This document shows, in pieces, positions 13,220-25,900 of a stretch of DNA of 64,000 nt. The DNA comes from Phoronis australis (lineage: Eukaryota; Animalia; Phoronida), in NCBI GenBank assembly GCA_002633005.1, contig NMRA01000090.1, positions 46,756-110,755 of the forward strand, read 5' to 3'. The notes under the pieces are model-generated. The model had not been told where the DNA came from and did no database searches. It saw nothing but the letters and a program-made list of their open reading frames with translations. Both the position numbers and the translations under genes were made by a program. Numbering within the stretch: the stretch's first letter is position 1; every line of letters begins with the position of its first letter.

Positions 13220-13735
13220 CAGGGCTTGGAATTTTCCGCGGAAACGCGGATTTCCGCTTTTTTCAAATGTGCTGTCCGCTTTTTTTATAATATTTCCGCG
13301 TAAAAAAAATCGGATTTGATATAAAATTTCCGCGGCAAATTCCTTACTTACCGCGGCGTCGCAGACGACATTCACCTCGAAAAGCGGAAGTTGCTCTTTA
13401 TGTTTCGGAGGAACGTAAATTGTCAACATTGCCGGGGCACCTGGGACAGCGTGGTGGGATTTTCAATGGCGTCTCGTGTTATTGTTAAGTGCAGCGACAA
13501 ATACTACCGCTCTGCAGCCAAAAACGTGTGGGGTTGGGAGTGCGGACGGGCGAGCTAAGAGCTAAAAGGACGCAGACGCAAGCTACTGATGGTGGTAACG
13601 TTTTTTTTTTTATTTTTTTTTTTTTTTTTAGTCCTCCCGATTTGTGTCGAGGAAGGGTTCACATTGACCATTTCCAGGCATGATTTGGGCCGTAAAAGTT
13701 TCCGCGTTTTTTGTCATTGGTCATTCCAAGCCCTG
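13220..13735. mobile_element. hAT-type MITE, 13-bp perfect TIR, 6-bp flanking duplication GTCAGT
   Basis: CAGGGCTTGGAAT ... ATTCCAAGCCCTG; TTTCCGCG subterminal repeats. Confidence 0.85.
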
Positions 13736-16700
13736 GTCAGTATAAAAAGCCCTATATTGGCACTCTCTACAGTAATGATAGTGTGAAAATGACTTCCGAT
13801 TGATGGTTTGGCCGTCAGAAATTCAATTAGGCCCTACTATATAATGGGTCATTAATTTTAAAGCAGAGGAATAAATTCCACTGTCAGCTCCTGCTGTTTC
13901 TAAGAGCTTGTACACTCTAATAATTCGTACATCACCTTTGAAACGCTGTATTTCTCTGTAATAGTTTGTACAGTAGGTGTCTGTGGAACGAATGGTTTGT
14001 ACACATATCTGCATCAGTAAAAATAATTCGTAGACGAAGCACCAACTCTACGAGTAATCGTCATCCGTGGTTTGCTGCACGACTAAACACAGTAGTAACG
14101 ATCTCTAACAGAGTGTCCTCACTGAGTTCATGAATGTCTGTGTTGTCCAGCATTCGACTTAAAAGCTGTAGGTTTTGTTTGCAACCTAAAATTTTGAAAT
14201 GGGAGCTGATATTTTTGTCAGCTGTTATAAAATTTGCACCGTTTATTACACAGTTGGCAGACATAAAGCAACTCATGTGAATCCGGCCATAATTTGGTTG
14301 TAGGCAAATCAAGTTCAAATGAATAGTAATTATGAACAACTCTCGCTGTCTTGCAAACATGTCGTGAACATGGGATAATTCAGAATCGATGTTTCATGTG
14401 TTTCAAGGGTAAATGTTTTCAGATCACAAAACAGCAATGTTTCTACAAATTTTTATGCAATCAACTTACCAAACTTTGTACTGCAAAAACATTTTTATTT
14501 TTCACGTAAGATGGCCTGCGTATCCAATAACAATACCACCGACAATGTCGCACTTCGGCACTGGTCGGTCCCGCTGTTTGTACGCAAGGTCCTGGCAGAC
14601 GGTCATGACTTGGAAATGTTGTCAAGTAGCACCTTGTTTCAATGTGCGTCTCGTTTTTATTGCAAAAGACAACAAACATGAAATTGACAACCCTATTAAT
14701 CGCCAAACAATGAGTTGTCGTTCAGCAGAGATGTCGGAGAAATTCTTGAGCTCTTGCAGGGTTTGATGCTTAACTAAACGCCAAGTCTTATTTGGTGACC
14801 TGGAAAAAACAGTATCTCAATATTGCTTTATTACAGAACATGGTGTAACCACTGCAAAAATTGAAACACTAAAAACTCTTTGATTTGATATTTTGAGTCG
14901 TCTGCTCAAATCTGTTTCGTCCCTGTCATAATTCTTCTGCTGTTAGTGTCTAAGAAAAAGCTCTCTTTGTTTTCTCTTCAAACAGTTGCTATGATTCATG
15001 ATTTTCCTCATTTGTCTGCCTGACTTGACTTATCTCGATAAACATTTCATTGTTTGATTGAATTCCTATCTGCCAGGCTGTGCAAATAGAAACTTAATTT
15101 TTTTGTAATGATACACCACTCAGTTTAATACGAAACAAAGCATTTGTGCTTTAGTCACAAAATGTTGATTCTCTGTGCAGATATTTGCTCTATGTAAAAT
15201 GCTGATGAGTACTCAATACCATAGTAATTGATTAAAATTTTCTATCAAAATACTCAGGTAAGCTTTTGTATTACATATCTTGTGTGAAGTTGGGCTTTTC
15301 TGGTGTATGACTGCACTGGTTGTGACCTAAAACTGAAAATCAGTTGACATACAACATCATTTAGTTCATGGGAGATTGGATTTGTGCTTGCATAACTTCC
15401 AATATTTGTAACACTGGTGCAAGCTAGAAGATGCTATTTTACAGAAAAAGTTCTATAATTTGGGACAGTGAAAATTTTGTAATTTTTGTTCAAGGTCAGA
15501 GCTTATCCAAATTCTAGAAATAGGCAAGCATTGGCCATCCCAAATTCAAGAATCGCCATAACGATGCAAAATTACTACTCTAGATTGAAAACACATTATC
15601 TGAGATTTGAGAAATATTATGAACGCCAGAATCTGCCCTTGAAATTTATTTTGGATAGTGTTAACCAGTGCTAGTTTGGCCTTGGGGGCATGATCAGAAC
15701 TTGGTATCCTAACTTTTCAGCTAGGCCCCTTGCAAAAAATACAGTTGAGTCTGCCTCCGGGATCAGTCAAGACCCCACTCCGATGGATACTTAAGTCTTG
15801 TATCGCCTCTCCACTTGCAACAAGTACTGTGATAGCTGATGCTATGCTATGAGAACAGGAAATACCCCACTATAACTATTTATCTCAAGCTGCGTGCTGC
15901 TTGTTCAAATAGAAATACTTGTGAGATTGCCCAAGATCCTGTTTCCAAAAAGGATGCTTTAACATAGAATTTTTGAAAAGTCAGGATATAAAATGTTTTC
16001 ATCTATCAGGAAGATTGTTGAACAGAGCAATAATTCAGGAGGCTCTATTGCTAAATCAGACGTTTGACAAGTGTGGTATTTTGTAAGGACACCACACGAA
16101 CAAGACAAATCGATAAATTATCAAAATCATATGTGACAATATTAATAATAGGTAGTAAAACTCAATAAACTGATGACTCTTTATAAATAAACTGATGACT
16201 CTTTATAGAACATTCATTAAATATAAACTATACTGGGCTGATGTTAGTTGCCAGTCTTGATAAAGTGCTAAAATAGTGGGAAAATTATACATAACTAACA
16301 AATTCTCTTGAAGATGCGTATCCTCTTTTGGCTTTCACCTAAAGTATCAGAGTTTGTCATGTTGAAATTATTTGTGATTCATTTGGTGATTCATTACCCA
16401 TTAACTATGATTTACCCATCAATGCCTGTGTATTACTTCAGGGGATGGATATGATATTTGATCAATAGTTCCCTACATCTGTTGTGTGTGAAATGACCTT
16501 ATTAGGATTTGAATCTGTGGTTGGGGTATTGTGTTTCAATGCTTTGTTGTGTCAGTTGTCTGGTGTTGGTCAAATAGTGTTCATTGTAGTTTATACATAT
16601 GGCAAATTTTTACATTACAAAAACTATTAATGAGACCTTATTCAGTTACAAGTGGATGGTGGGCTTGGCTTCAATCTACGACCATGTTCACTTGACTCTT

Positions 16701-19700
16701 TTGTATACCAATTTGCATATTACAGCCAGACAGTTCTTCTCATGGTTTTGCTGTGATCACATTGTACCGTATCTTAACACTGATGTCAGACAGTGTAGCT
16801 GCTGCACTGTGATATGTTGCTTAAAAAACAGAATCTTGAACTGGGATAAAGAGCCTATTTGCATTTGCTTAAACATTGATCAAATTCCTTGAGGAATGTT
16901 TTTGGCATTTGTTATTTGTATGTTCCTCTTGAAGAGGGCATGGCTGGTTGAGATTACGTAATACAAATCCCCTTGTGGAAATTTAGGACTTCTTTTTTAT
17001 GTTTTAATTTCTAACAAGTTCCTTCAATAAATTTGACTTAAAAATATCTCAAACCTTATTCACAAAATTATTTCAAATATGTCTAACAGAATACCTCATC
17101 ATCATTCTTAGGCGAATTGTTTTGTTTACTGCTTATCCGAGGTCAAAGGTTACAGGGCTGTCATTCCAATCAAATCTCCCGCCAGGCACGACCAGTTCTG
17201 TATGTACCCTCAGTCTTATTTCACCCAGTCGTCATACCGAGTCAAAGAGGTGTACGTAGACTTGAAAGATGCTGAGGAAAACAAAGACAAAATGTAGCTT
17301 TGATCTTAAGGGAGTTGTGCGTCTGCTTGCAAACGACCGTTGAGAAAGAATGCACCAAGTCCAGAGTGGCTCTGCACCGCCTCTGTTTTCACGAACACAG
17401 CAAGTTTTGTAAATATATAAATCCTCACTCAAATTTATTGATTTGATCGGTGATTTGAGATTTCACTGTTTGATCTTGTGCTCACAACATGCTTTAACCA
17501 CCGATACCTACTCAACAGCTGACCCTGCCTTGTCATCTTGCTTCACTAGAGGCACATTCACAATTTTTTGTGTAATTGATGCATTCACCACCACAGCAGT
17601 AAGCACACATTAAAACTGTCCATTACTACTGTAAGTAAACAAACAAAAGTCTGGAATTGTTTGGCAAACATCTGTCAAGATCAATGAAATGCGCGTCCAG
17701 TGTACTCAATCATCTAAATCGTATCTCCATTCGAGGGCGGAGGAATTGAGTTAGTGAATGGTCCGGAAAAATTGAAATGGTGTGCGTAACTTTCCAGAGT
17801 CCGGGATGACCCTTTCTCATCGCCGAATTCAACGGCACTTTTGGTGACCTCAGATTTTTCTACCTAGGATTTCAGCCAAGTCACCGAATGCAACTTCGCA
17901 TTGAGTAAGTGTCAGGCGCTGTGAAGACTCGTGAGGCTTTCCTTTTTTTCTCGGCTTTGGCAAATTGACTTAACTTCTGATCAACTGGTCAACTCCATTT
18001 CTCGAAAATGGCTAAGCGAATTTCGCTGACACTTTCCAATTTTAATACTTACTTATCAGTCTCAAAAATACTGATAAGATTTTCCGTTTAAAGGCCTAGT
18101 TTTTGTGTAACGTAAGATAGACGAATACAGTCACAATTTTTTTACAAAAATACCTTACGTTTTGCGAGTTAATTTGGCTTAGAAATTAAACAGCATGTGT
18201 GATGTAAATTGAGGACTTGTCATTTAAAAATATTTGCATTAAAATTGACCATTAAAATTGAATATACCTAGTTCTTAAAAATGAAAATTTGACTTAAAAA
18301 TAGCATAAAATAATAGTAATAATGACGCATAAATATAAATGACATTTTTATAATTTCTGGTCTTTGTCTTTCAGAAAACATGTACTTTTATTAGTTGACA
18401 TTGCCTGTTTTTTGATATATGAGTTAGAATGAAGGTCGCTTAATAAGGTTTGAGATAACCTTAAAAATTTCTATAAAGAAAACGACAGCGTATGTCTACT
18501 TTCGGATGGATTTGGCCTTTTTGCATTGTCATGAAATCTGTGACATTCATGATACATATAATTCTTAGTATGTTAGTTTGATAGTGTTATTACTTATTGA
18601 TATTATTTCTTTGCTAGACAATTGTTTTTGTTTATAGAAACTTGTTTTGGCTGTTAGCTGAATCAGCGACCAACCCATCCGGTGCATCCACACATGTTTT
18701 GATGATCTGTGTAGTAAACAAGATTGCGTAATGGTCATTCACAGAAACATTGCCTAAAGACAGCTGACCATTACCATATATGGCAAACACAACAGAGTAG
18801 TTCAGATGATTGTTGTGAAAGTTTTTAGAGTTGCTTCCTGTTTTTTCCTGTAGGATATTGAATCATAAGGTTTAGTGCATGCAACCCACATACTTGTAAC
18901 TTGTATATAAATCGGTTCACTTGTCTAATAAAGACAGTCCTCATCTTGCTACTGCCAGTTGCATTACTAGTGTAATTGAGTGTTCCACACTTAGTTACTG
19001 AATACAACCATCTCACTGACGGACCGAGACTGTCCACAACACAACACAACGCTGCTACTAAGTCGAGTTATTCTCCACTATTCTACTACATGCATCTCCT
19101 CTAGTGTCTATTTTGGCATCTGCCTCAATAAATCTCTTGGACAATCATCATACTTGTCACATGACTAATTCTTTTAAAAGGGTCAGTATTAGTGTTACTG
19201 ATTTATGTTTGAAAATGGCTTTCAATGAGTGTCAGCAGTTTTCACTTAAATGCACTCATAGTAAAACTATAAACTTTCCTGACGATAGAAGTTTTGCTGT
19301 GGTGTTACAATAATTCCATGGGTGGCAGGATGCCCAGAGACATAAAATTATGGTAACACCACATCAAAAATTTCCAGGGAAGCGAATGAACGCTATTAAT
19401 CATTTTATTTTATTGTTACTGATTAGAGCTCAATAAGAGGAGCTTTCTTTTATTGGTTTGCAGAGTTTGTCAAAAATGGTCAATTGACTTCTAACAACGC
19501 AGCAAAATATTTAAAGTTTGCGCTGTCTTTCAGATTGTGACCAAGTCACTGAGTTTCATGACGAAAATGTCAAAACTGTCTTTCATGTTTAATGGTACCC
19601 CCAATACTCCATAAATTTTTCTTTTAACTTTTTGCTAATAACACTCACTGCTAAGTAGATTTTCATGGCAGGAGATGTAACTAGTCCCATGTGACCTGTC

Positions 19701-19817
19701 CAAATTGTTCTGCAAGTCACCCATTATGATAAAAGGGAGCAGTAACAACAAACTTGAATGTAGTCCTCAGCTTCCTATTTCACCAATTTTATGTCATTTG
19801 ATAATGTCTTTTAGAGA

Positions 19818-19952
19818 ATGGCTTTGCATCGAGGTGCCTATGAATTGCTGGAGAACAATGTTGGTGTCAGTGATGCTGTGCTGTTAGAACCCATGTCAGA
19901 AGACAAGTTCATAGACAACCTCAAGATCAGATTTGACCATGACCAGATCTAT
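19818..19952 (+). CDS. MYO1B: Myosin I coding exon 1 ([45 protein letters not shown])
   Basis: ttttag acceptor just upstream (19814), ATG at 19818, donor GTAAGT at 19953, 135 nt coding. Confidence 0.92.
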
Positions 19953-22900
19953 GTAAGTCGTATAAATTACTTCTGAAAATGATCTACAGCAAACAGCAGC
20001 AACATCAATGGTTTGAAATGCTGTTTGTTAATATCCTGTTCATATGGGTTAACACCCAAGGTACTTAAATGGTAAAATTAAAAAATTGGGGTGGGCACTG
20101 AGCAGTCTGTGTGCGGCTTTTAAATGGATATTTTTAGGGAATTAGAGGTGAGCTTTGACCTGAACACTGTGGGAGCTGTTTTTACTCTCTGGGGTCCATT
20201 TGAGCTACAAATCTCTCAGGGCTGTTCCAGCAAAAATGTATTGGAGGGGGGAAGGCACTTTTATTTCGTACCCACTGCCCATATTTTTCATTTATTTCTC
20301 CAACCCACGACCCATAATTTTTTAATTAATGGGTTAAAATATAAAATCCAACACTTGCAAACAAATTACCTCCAGGATGACCTGTTAAGAACTTAGATGA
20401 CTTCTTAAAACCGCTCCGAGGTGGTGGCGTATTACAACTATTATTAAAATCTCTTGGTCTATTTACACCGACCTCTTGTCATGGGGTTTCGGTCGGTCTC
20501 TTTTTTGGCCATCGTCAGGTGTTCCTGCGTTCTTAGAAGAAAGAGCATGGATACGTGGTACACTCATGGTGTAATTTTTTGTGCGAGGCAGGATTTGAAC
20601 CCACGACTTCTGAAACTACAGATAATTCGAGTCAGGATGAGTCGGATGACTCCGTGGTGTAGTGGTTAAGGTGCTGGGTGAGTTCAAATCCTGCCTCGCA
20701 CAAAAAAATCACACCATGAGTGTACCATGTATCCGTGCTCGTTCTTCGAAGAACGCGGGAACACCTGACGATGGCCGGAGAAGAGACCGACCAAAGCGTC
20801 GTGACAGTGTATATAGACTAGAGGTCGGTGTAAATAGACCAAGAGATTTTAATAATAGTTGTAAGAACTTAGATGATTTACAGACAAGAACTAGTTGTCT
20901 TGTCCAATATTGTCAAAAACTACAGTAACCAAGAGGGTGGTTGAATCAAAACAAAAATGACTTCTGTCAACGCATTCATCCCTGCTACATATTTTCGTGC
21001 CAAATTTCCAGTTGTGCCTAACACTTTTTGAGGTAATCAACCTGTCTTGTCAAAAACTTACAGGGTGCCACTGTAGTTGAATCCAGCGTCCAAATTGACT
21101 GTGTGATCAGTGAAGCAGTTTTTGAGATAATCAACATACAAGGAATGGCTTGTCAAAAACTAAAGTGACCAACGTGGAGTACCAAGGTTGTCAAACCTGC
21201 CCCGAAATCGACTGGTGCAGGCGCATCCTTGCCAAGTACCTCTATACCAAATTTCATCTTGATCCGCCAAGCGGTTCTTAAGATAATTGATGGACAAGAA
21301 ATAATAATGACAGATGGACCGACCACAAAGTTTTTGTGGGTGCAGAAAAATTCCATGTGAGATCACAACTCATATCAGTTACTAGAATCTTGCTTTTCAA
21401 AGATACCTGTTAGTAATACTTTTGGCAGCCTCTAGGTATCTCTGTTCACCATGTGTCTGTAATTTCAATAAGATTTTTTCAATTTCATGGATCTATGAAT
21501 CTCAAACTGTCTCCACAAATGCTTTTAGACTGCTATATGTCAAGTGAATATTGCAACTTGTCTGTCACCAATTTTCACCAGTTTAATGTTGCAGGAATTT
21601 TCATTCTAATATGACTGCAGTACCGTATGTGCTTGTAATCAGGTTGCCCATAACTTTATTAATGGCGTAGTGCACTCTGTACACTATCAACATGGGCTTG
21701 TTTTTTGTTTTGGGATATGCTTGGGTATTTGCCAAGTGAATATTTGGTGAGTTTTGAATTCTTTTGAGATGTGTTTGGCTGAAAATACTAACCTGTCAAC
21801 ATATACAGAAAAAAAAATACCACCCAATTTTAATGCTTAACTTCTTAGCAGAACAACTACCCATAATTTGAGTTTTTCTGAAGACCACCCCCATGAATTT
21901 TTATTTCACCTGTCTTCCCCCCTTCCCATACGCATTTTGCTGGAACAGCCCTCAACATATTGCGATGTATTTTGTGCTTGTTTATTTCAGACTTACATCG
22001 GGAGTGTTGTTGTCTCTGTCAACCCCTACAGAAAGCTTCCTTTATATACACAAGAGCTCATTGAAGAATACCGGAGCCGCAATATATATGAACTGCCACC
22101 CCACGTGTAAGTGATCATGGTGATAATTGTTTTGATTTATTTTTGCTAGCAGGGACAGGGCATCTATCCTTAATAATGAGGAGGATGAGGTACCATCCAC
22201 ATTCAAGTGAGGGTTCTTATGTAAAAATCCAATGGCTAAGAACTTCTCATTTATCCTAATCTGACATAATTCATCAAAACAGCAGCATCACATAGTTTGC
22301 GCCTGCCTTGTATGCCATAATTTTTACGGCATAAGAATTGACACAAGTGCCACAATGTAGTGCCATGTCAAGGAAATGTTATGTATCTGGATGCAAAATA
22401 AATATATAATTTCATTTAATATGCAAAATAAAGATATAATTTCATTGAATGAGTGAATGTTGCATTTGTTAAAAATCATGAAGGATGACGATTACCTGTC
22501 AAAATGTTATTTAATATTAATGAATCTTCCTTGGCACTTCCAGATATGCCATAGCAGATAGTGCCTACAGGTCCATGCGGGACAAAAATTTGGACCAGTG
22601 CGTGATCATATCAGGGGAAAGTGGGGCGGGCAAAACAGGTATGACTAGTTCTCAGAGGGCATGACAACAGAGTAGGTAACTGACAGCCTACGGGCCACAC
22701 CCTGCCTGCCTAACAATTTAGTAGAAGCCATATTTGTTTGGTCTTGGAACGGTTTCCCTCAATGCAAAAATTTTCGGCACCCGAGTTGTGCTTCGCACTT
22801 TTGCTGCCTTGCGTCACTGGCTGCAGCAAATGAAATAACTTTTTCCTGTGAGGTGACAACAGATTACAACTTTAAGGTGAATCCAAGTGCTGCTGTGGTA

Positions 22901-25900
22901 CCTAGTTACAATTTTCAGTTTTTGTCCTTCGTTGCATTTGAGCACGGGAAGAGGGACTACTATCCGACCAGTGTATCATGTGTATGATTGATCACTCTGT
23001 ACGGTGTGAAACAAGGATATGGTTGTAATGCTGTGAGCTGTTCTTAAGTAATTTGCACAACTTCTGCCCTTGTAAAACTATGAATTTCCAAAATGTGGCT
23101 AATTCTATTATCTCTCTTAAAACACACATGACCTTCTCCTGATAGCAGTGATGTGGTTGTATTTTATAATCGTGGTTTCAGAGGCGAGCAAGGTAATAAT
23201 GCAATATGTGGCCGCTGTATCCGGTAAAGGCAAACACATAGACAGGGTGAAGGAACAACTGTTGCAGTCTAATCCGGTGTTGGAAGGTGAGCTGAAATTT
23301 TTCGTGATCAGTAACTACAGTAAAAGGCATTTTTGGGGTTATTCATTCAATCAACCAATCAATATTATTTATTGTATTGTCTACACATTCATAAATACAT
23401 AAATTCAAATGTATATTCAGCTTATTTACACAGAGCAGTTCTTCTCTTAAAGTTTGAGCCTTCTGAATATACAATGCAAGGTGCTGGATACTGTCTTGGT
23501 TAGAATAACCTAACAAGAGAAAGAGTTAACATTTACAAGCTCTGGTAGAAGATTTTTTCTAAGGTCTCCAAGAACAGGGCATCGACACATGAAATGAGGC
23601 TCATCTTCAATTTAACCCAGATTGCAAATACCACATATTCTCTCACCTCTAGGAATACCCATATGTCTACCTTTCTCTATATTAAGTGAGTGACCTGAAC
23701 ATCGAAACTGTGCAAGTATTCTTTTCGAATAAGCGCTTAAACAATTCACATATTGCATGCTAACAAGATCACTTTTAATAAGACTAATATAGAAAATAAA
23801 TTTGAAACTAAATGATCCTCGTAAGGATACTAGTGCGTGGCGAAATGTAGAATGTATTACATATGTAAATAAAACAACAATTATAATGGATCAACTGAAC
23901 TTTTTGGATGTAATTACATCCTTTGTCAACAGAAACAAAAATAATGCGAAAGCAAACATGATATCACAAATGACATCTGATATTTGGCATAATGAACATG
24001 ATAGATGGGTGTGGAAAAAAGTAAAGGATATAATTTAAGAAGTCTTTATGTTTAATCCATTGGGTTCAAGTGTATCAAGGTTATCTATCCAAAATTGTTC
24101 TCTTTTAAGTCTGTTAGGGATACTGGGGTTTTGAAGTTTTTCTATAGTTTGTACAGAAAGATCTTTTAGATTATGGTTTTTGGAATTGCAGATTATCTAT
24201 AGTGTAAGAAATGTGTTTATGTATTATGTTAAATCTATGATTGCGAAACCAGTTTGTAGCTTATGTTGAGTTTGTCCTACGTATTGAATGGAACAATTTC
24301 TACATGTTCTTAGGTAAATGATGTTGGTGGTGCAGTCAGAATAATAGTTTGAGAATACTGGAAGAAAGTATTGTTGTTGAGAAAGTTACACATTTCGCAT
24401 ACGTCGTTTACATCAGATGAAGTAATTTATAGAACCAATAGCTTCGAGCCTCTACAAGAATCCCAAAGTGAAGGCAACCTGACTAAATTCAAAGCACCCA
24501 AGAACGACCACAATAATTTGAAATAAGTACGGCCCCACAAGACTAAAGGACAGAACAAATGCTCTAAGACCTTGACAATGACTTCATGTTGGCCAATGCC
24601 TACCACCATCTTTTACGGTCCTACAGATAATACCAACAAAACCATGAAAAAAATTAAACATAACAGAAGGTTCCGCAGACAAACCACTAAGAAAACAATA
24701 ACCTGCGAGACTAACAACATAGTTAATTTATCAAACCGTAACTTAACTGATAGTGAGGTTAGCCTACTTTCTGAAAGACTTAACTTCAGAGATCAGAACC
24801 CTCTAGTTCTTTGTGCAGGCTGTCCTTTAGCCTACCTTTCAGTGTGCTGCAATGGGCTGAAGTCATGGCTTTTACCACGAGTGAAACGTGATGCAACATT
24901 CTTAACCTCCACTTGTAGGCAACACATAGCCCCTCGGTTGGTTAATTAGGGGCTACAATACTTCCCATTGCTTTCTGTACTAACTTCTTTCCACTTTTTT
25001 GGTCATTGTTAACTTTTTCACTAAGCATGCGATAACCACAAAGTATTTCAACTGAGTCACGTGAGTTAGGTAAGAGACTGAGCGAAACGCGTGACCTGTC
25101 GTGTAACACCTGCGAAATAGCATGGTAAAATTTGTGAGATTTGTGTCCCTTGGGCTTTTTGTTCGTCAACAGGCGTGATTTCACGTAACTTCCTCAAAAT
25201 GACACCCAGTGAGAGACTTGAACGAACCGTGACAGATTCTCATTGATATATTCAAGTTAACAAAATTGTATCCAGAGTCATGATATGTGTTAATTATAAA
25301 TCTATGTGCATATAACGTATGTTTCATTTAATTTTATTTTCTGTATTTTGATATTTGTAACTTTTTATCGGGATGTTTTATTGCCGCTGTATGCTTGCAA
25401 AATTTTTGGCGATGCAATTCCCTACTCCACTAGTAGCAGTGCAGTAGTTTTGGTACTTATGAATACTATGTTGTTTTTTCACAGCCTTTGGTAATGCAAA
25501 GACATTCAGGAATGACAACTCTTCAAGATTTGTAAGTATTGATTGGAAGACACTGTCCTAACTTTTTTATGATGTGGTGATTTTGCCAAGTATATGATTT
25601 TGCTATGAAGTGGGTTTGCTTACATGTTTTTTTCGGTACAGGCCACATTTTTTCTTGATTGACACAAATCCTTGATTGAGCTATATGTATTGTTTCTGGT
25701 AGAAACTGGATACAGAATGGGAACTTAGTTGTCATTTTTTGTTGTTTTTTAGGGACCCATAAGTCTGCTTTCCTTCCAGTTATCTTTCTGAACTTTAAGA
25801 AATAGATAGATGCTTTCATTTCTCTCTATAATTGATCTAATTTCAAAATTTTCTGAAACTGTGCATTCATTGGTTGATTATTCTTGGCTTTCATGTTGAT

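Noticed and set aside
14061-14766. ORFs of 99-117 aa as a second gene or transposase
   Set aside because: No recognisable motifs or consistent splice structure.
16165-16207. CTGATGA twice (hammerhead or C/D-box-like)
   Set aside because: Simple 22-bp tandem duplication with no stem II/GAAA.
20650-20700. Functional tRNA gene
   Set aside because: Anticodon arm is deleted in the right arm, the A box is missing in the left arm, and there is no complete acceptor stem.
23680-23715. AAGTGAGTGACCTGAACATCGAAAC as a PLE hammerhead
   Set aside because: CUGANGA core absent; at most a decayed pLTR piece.
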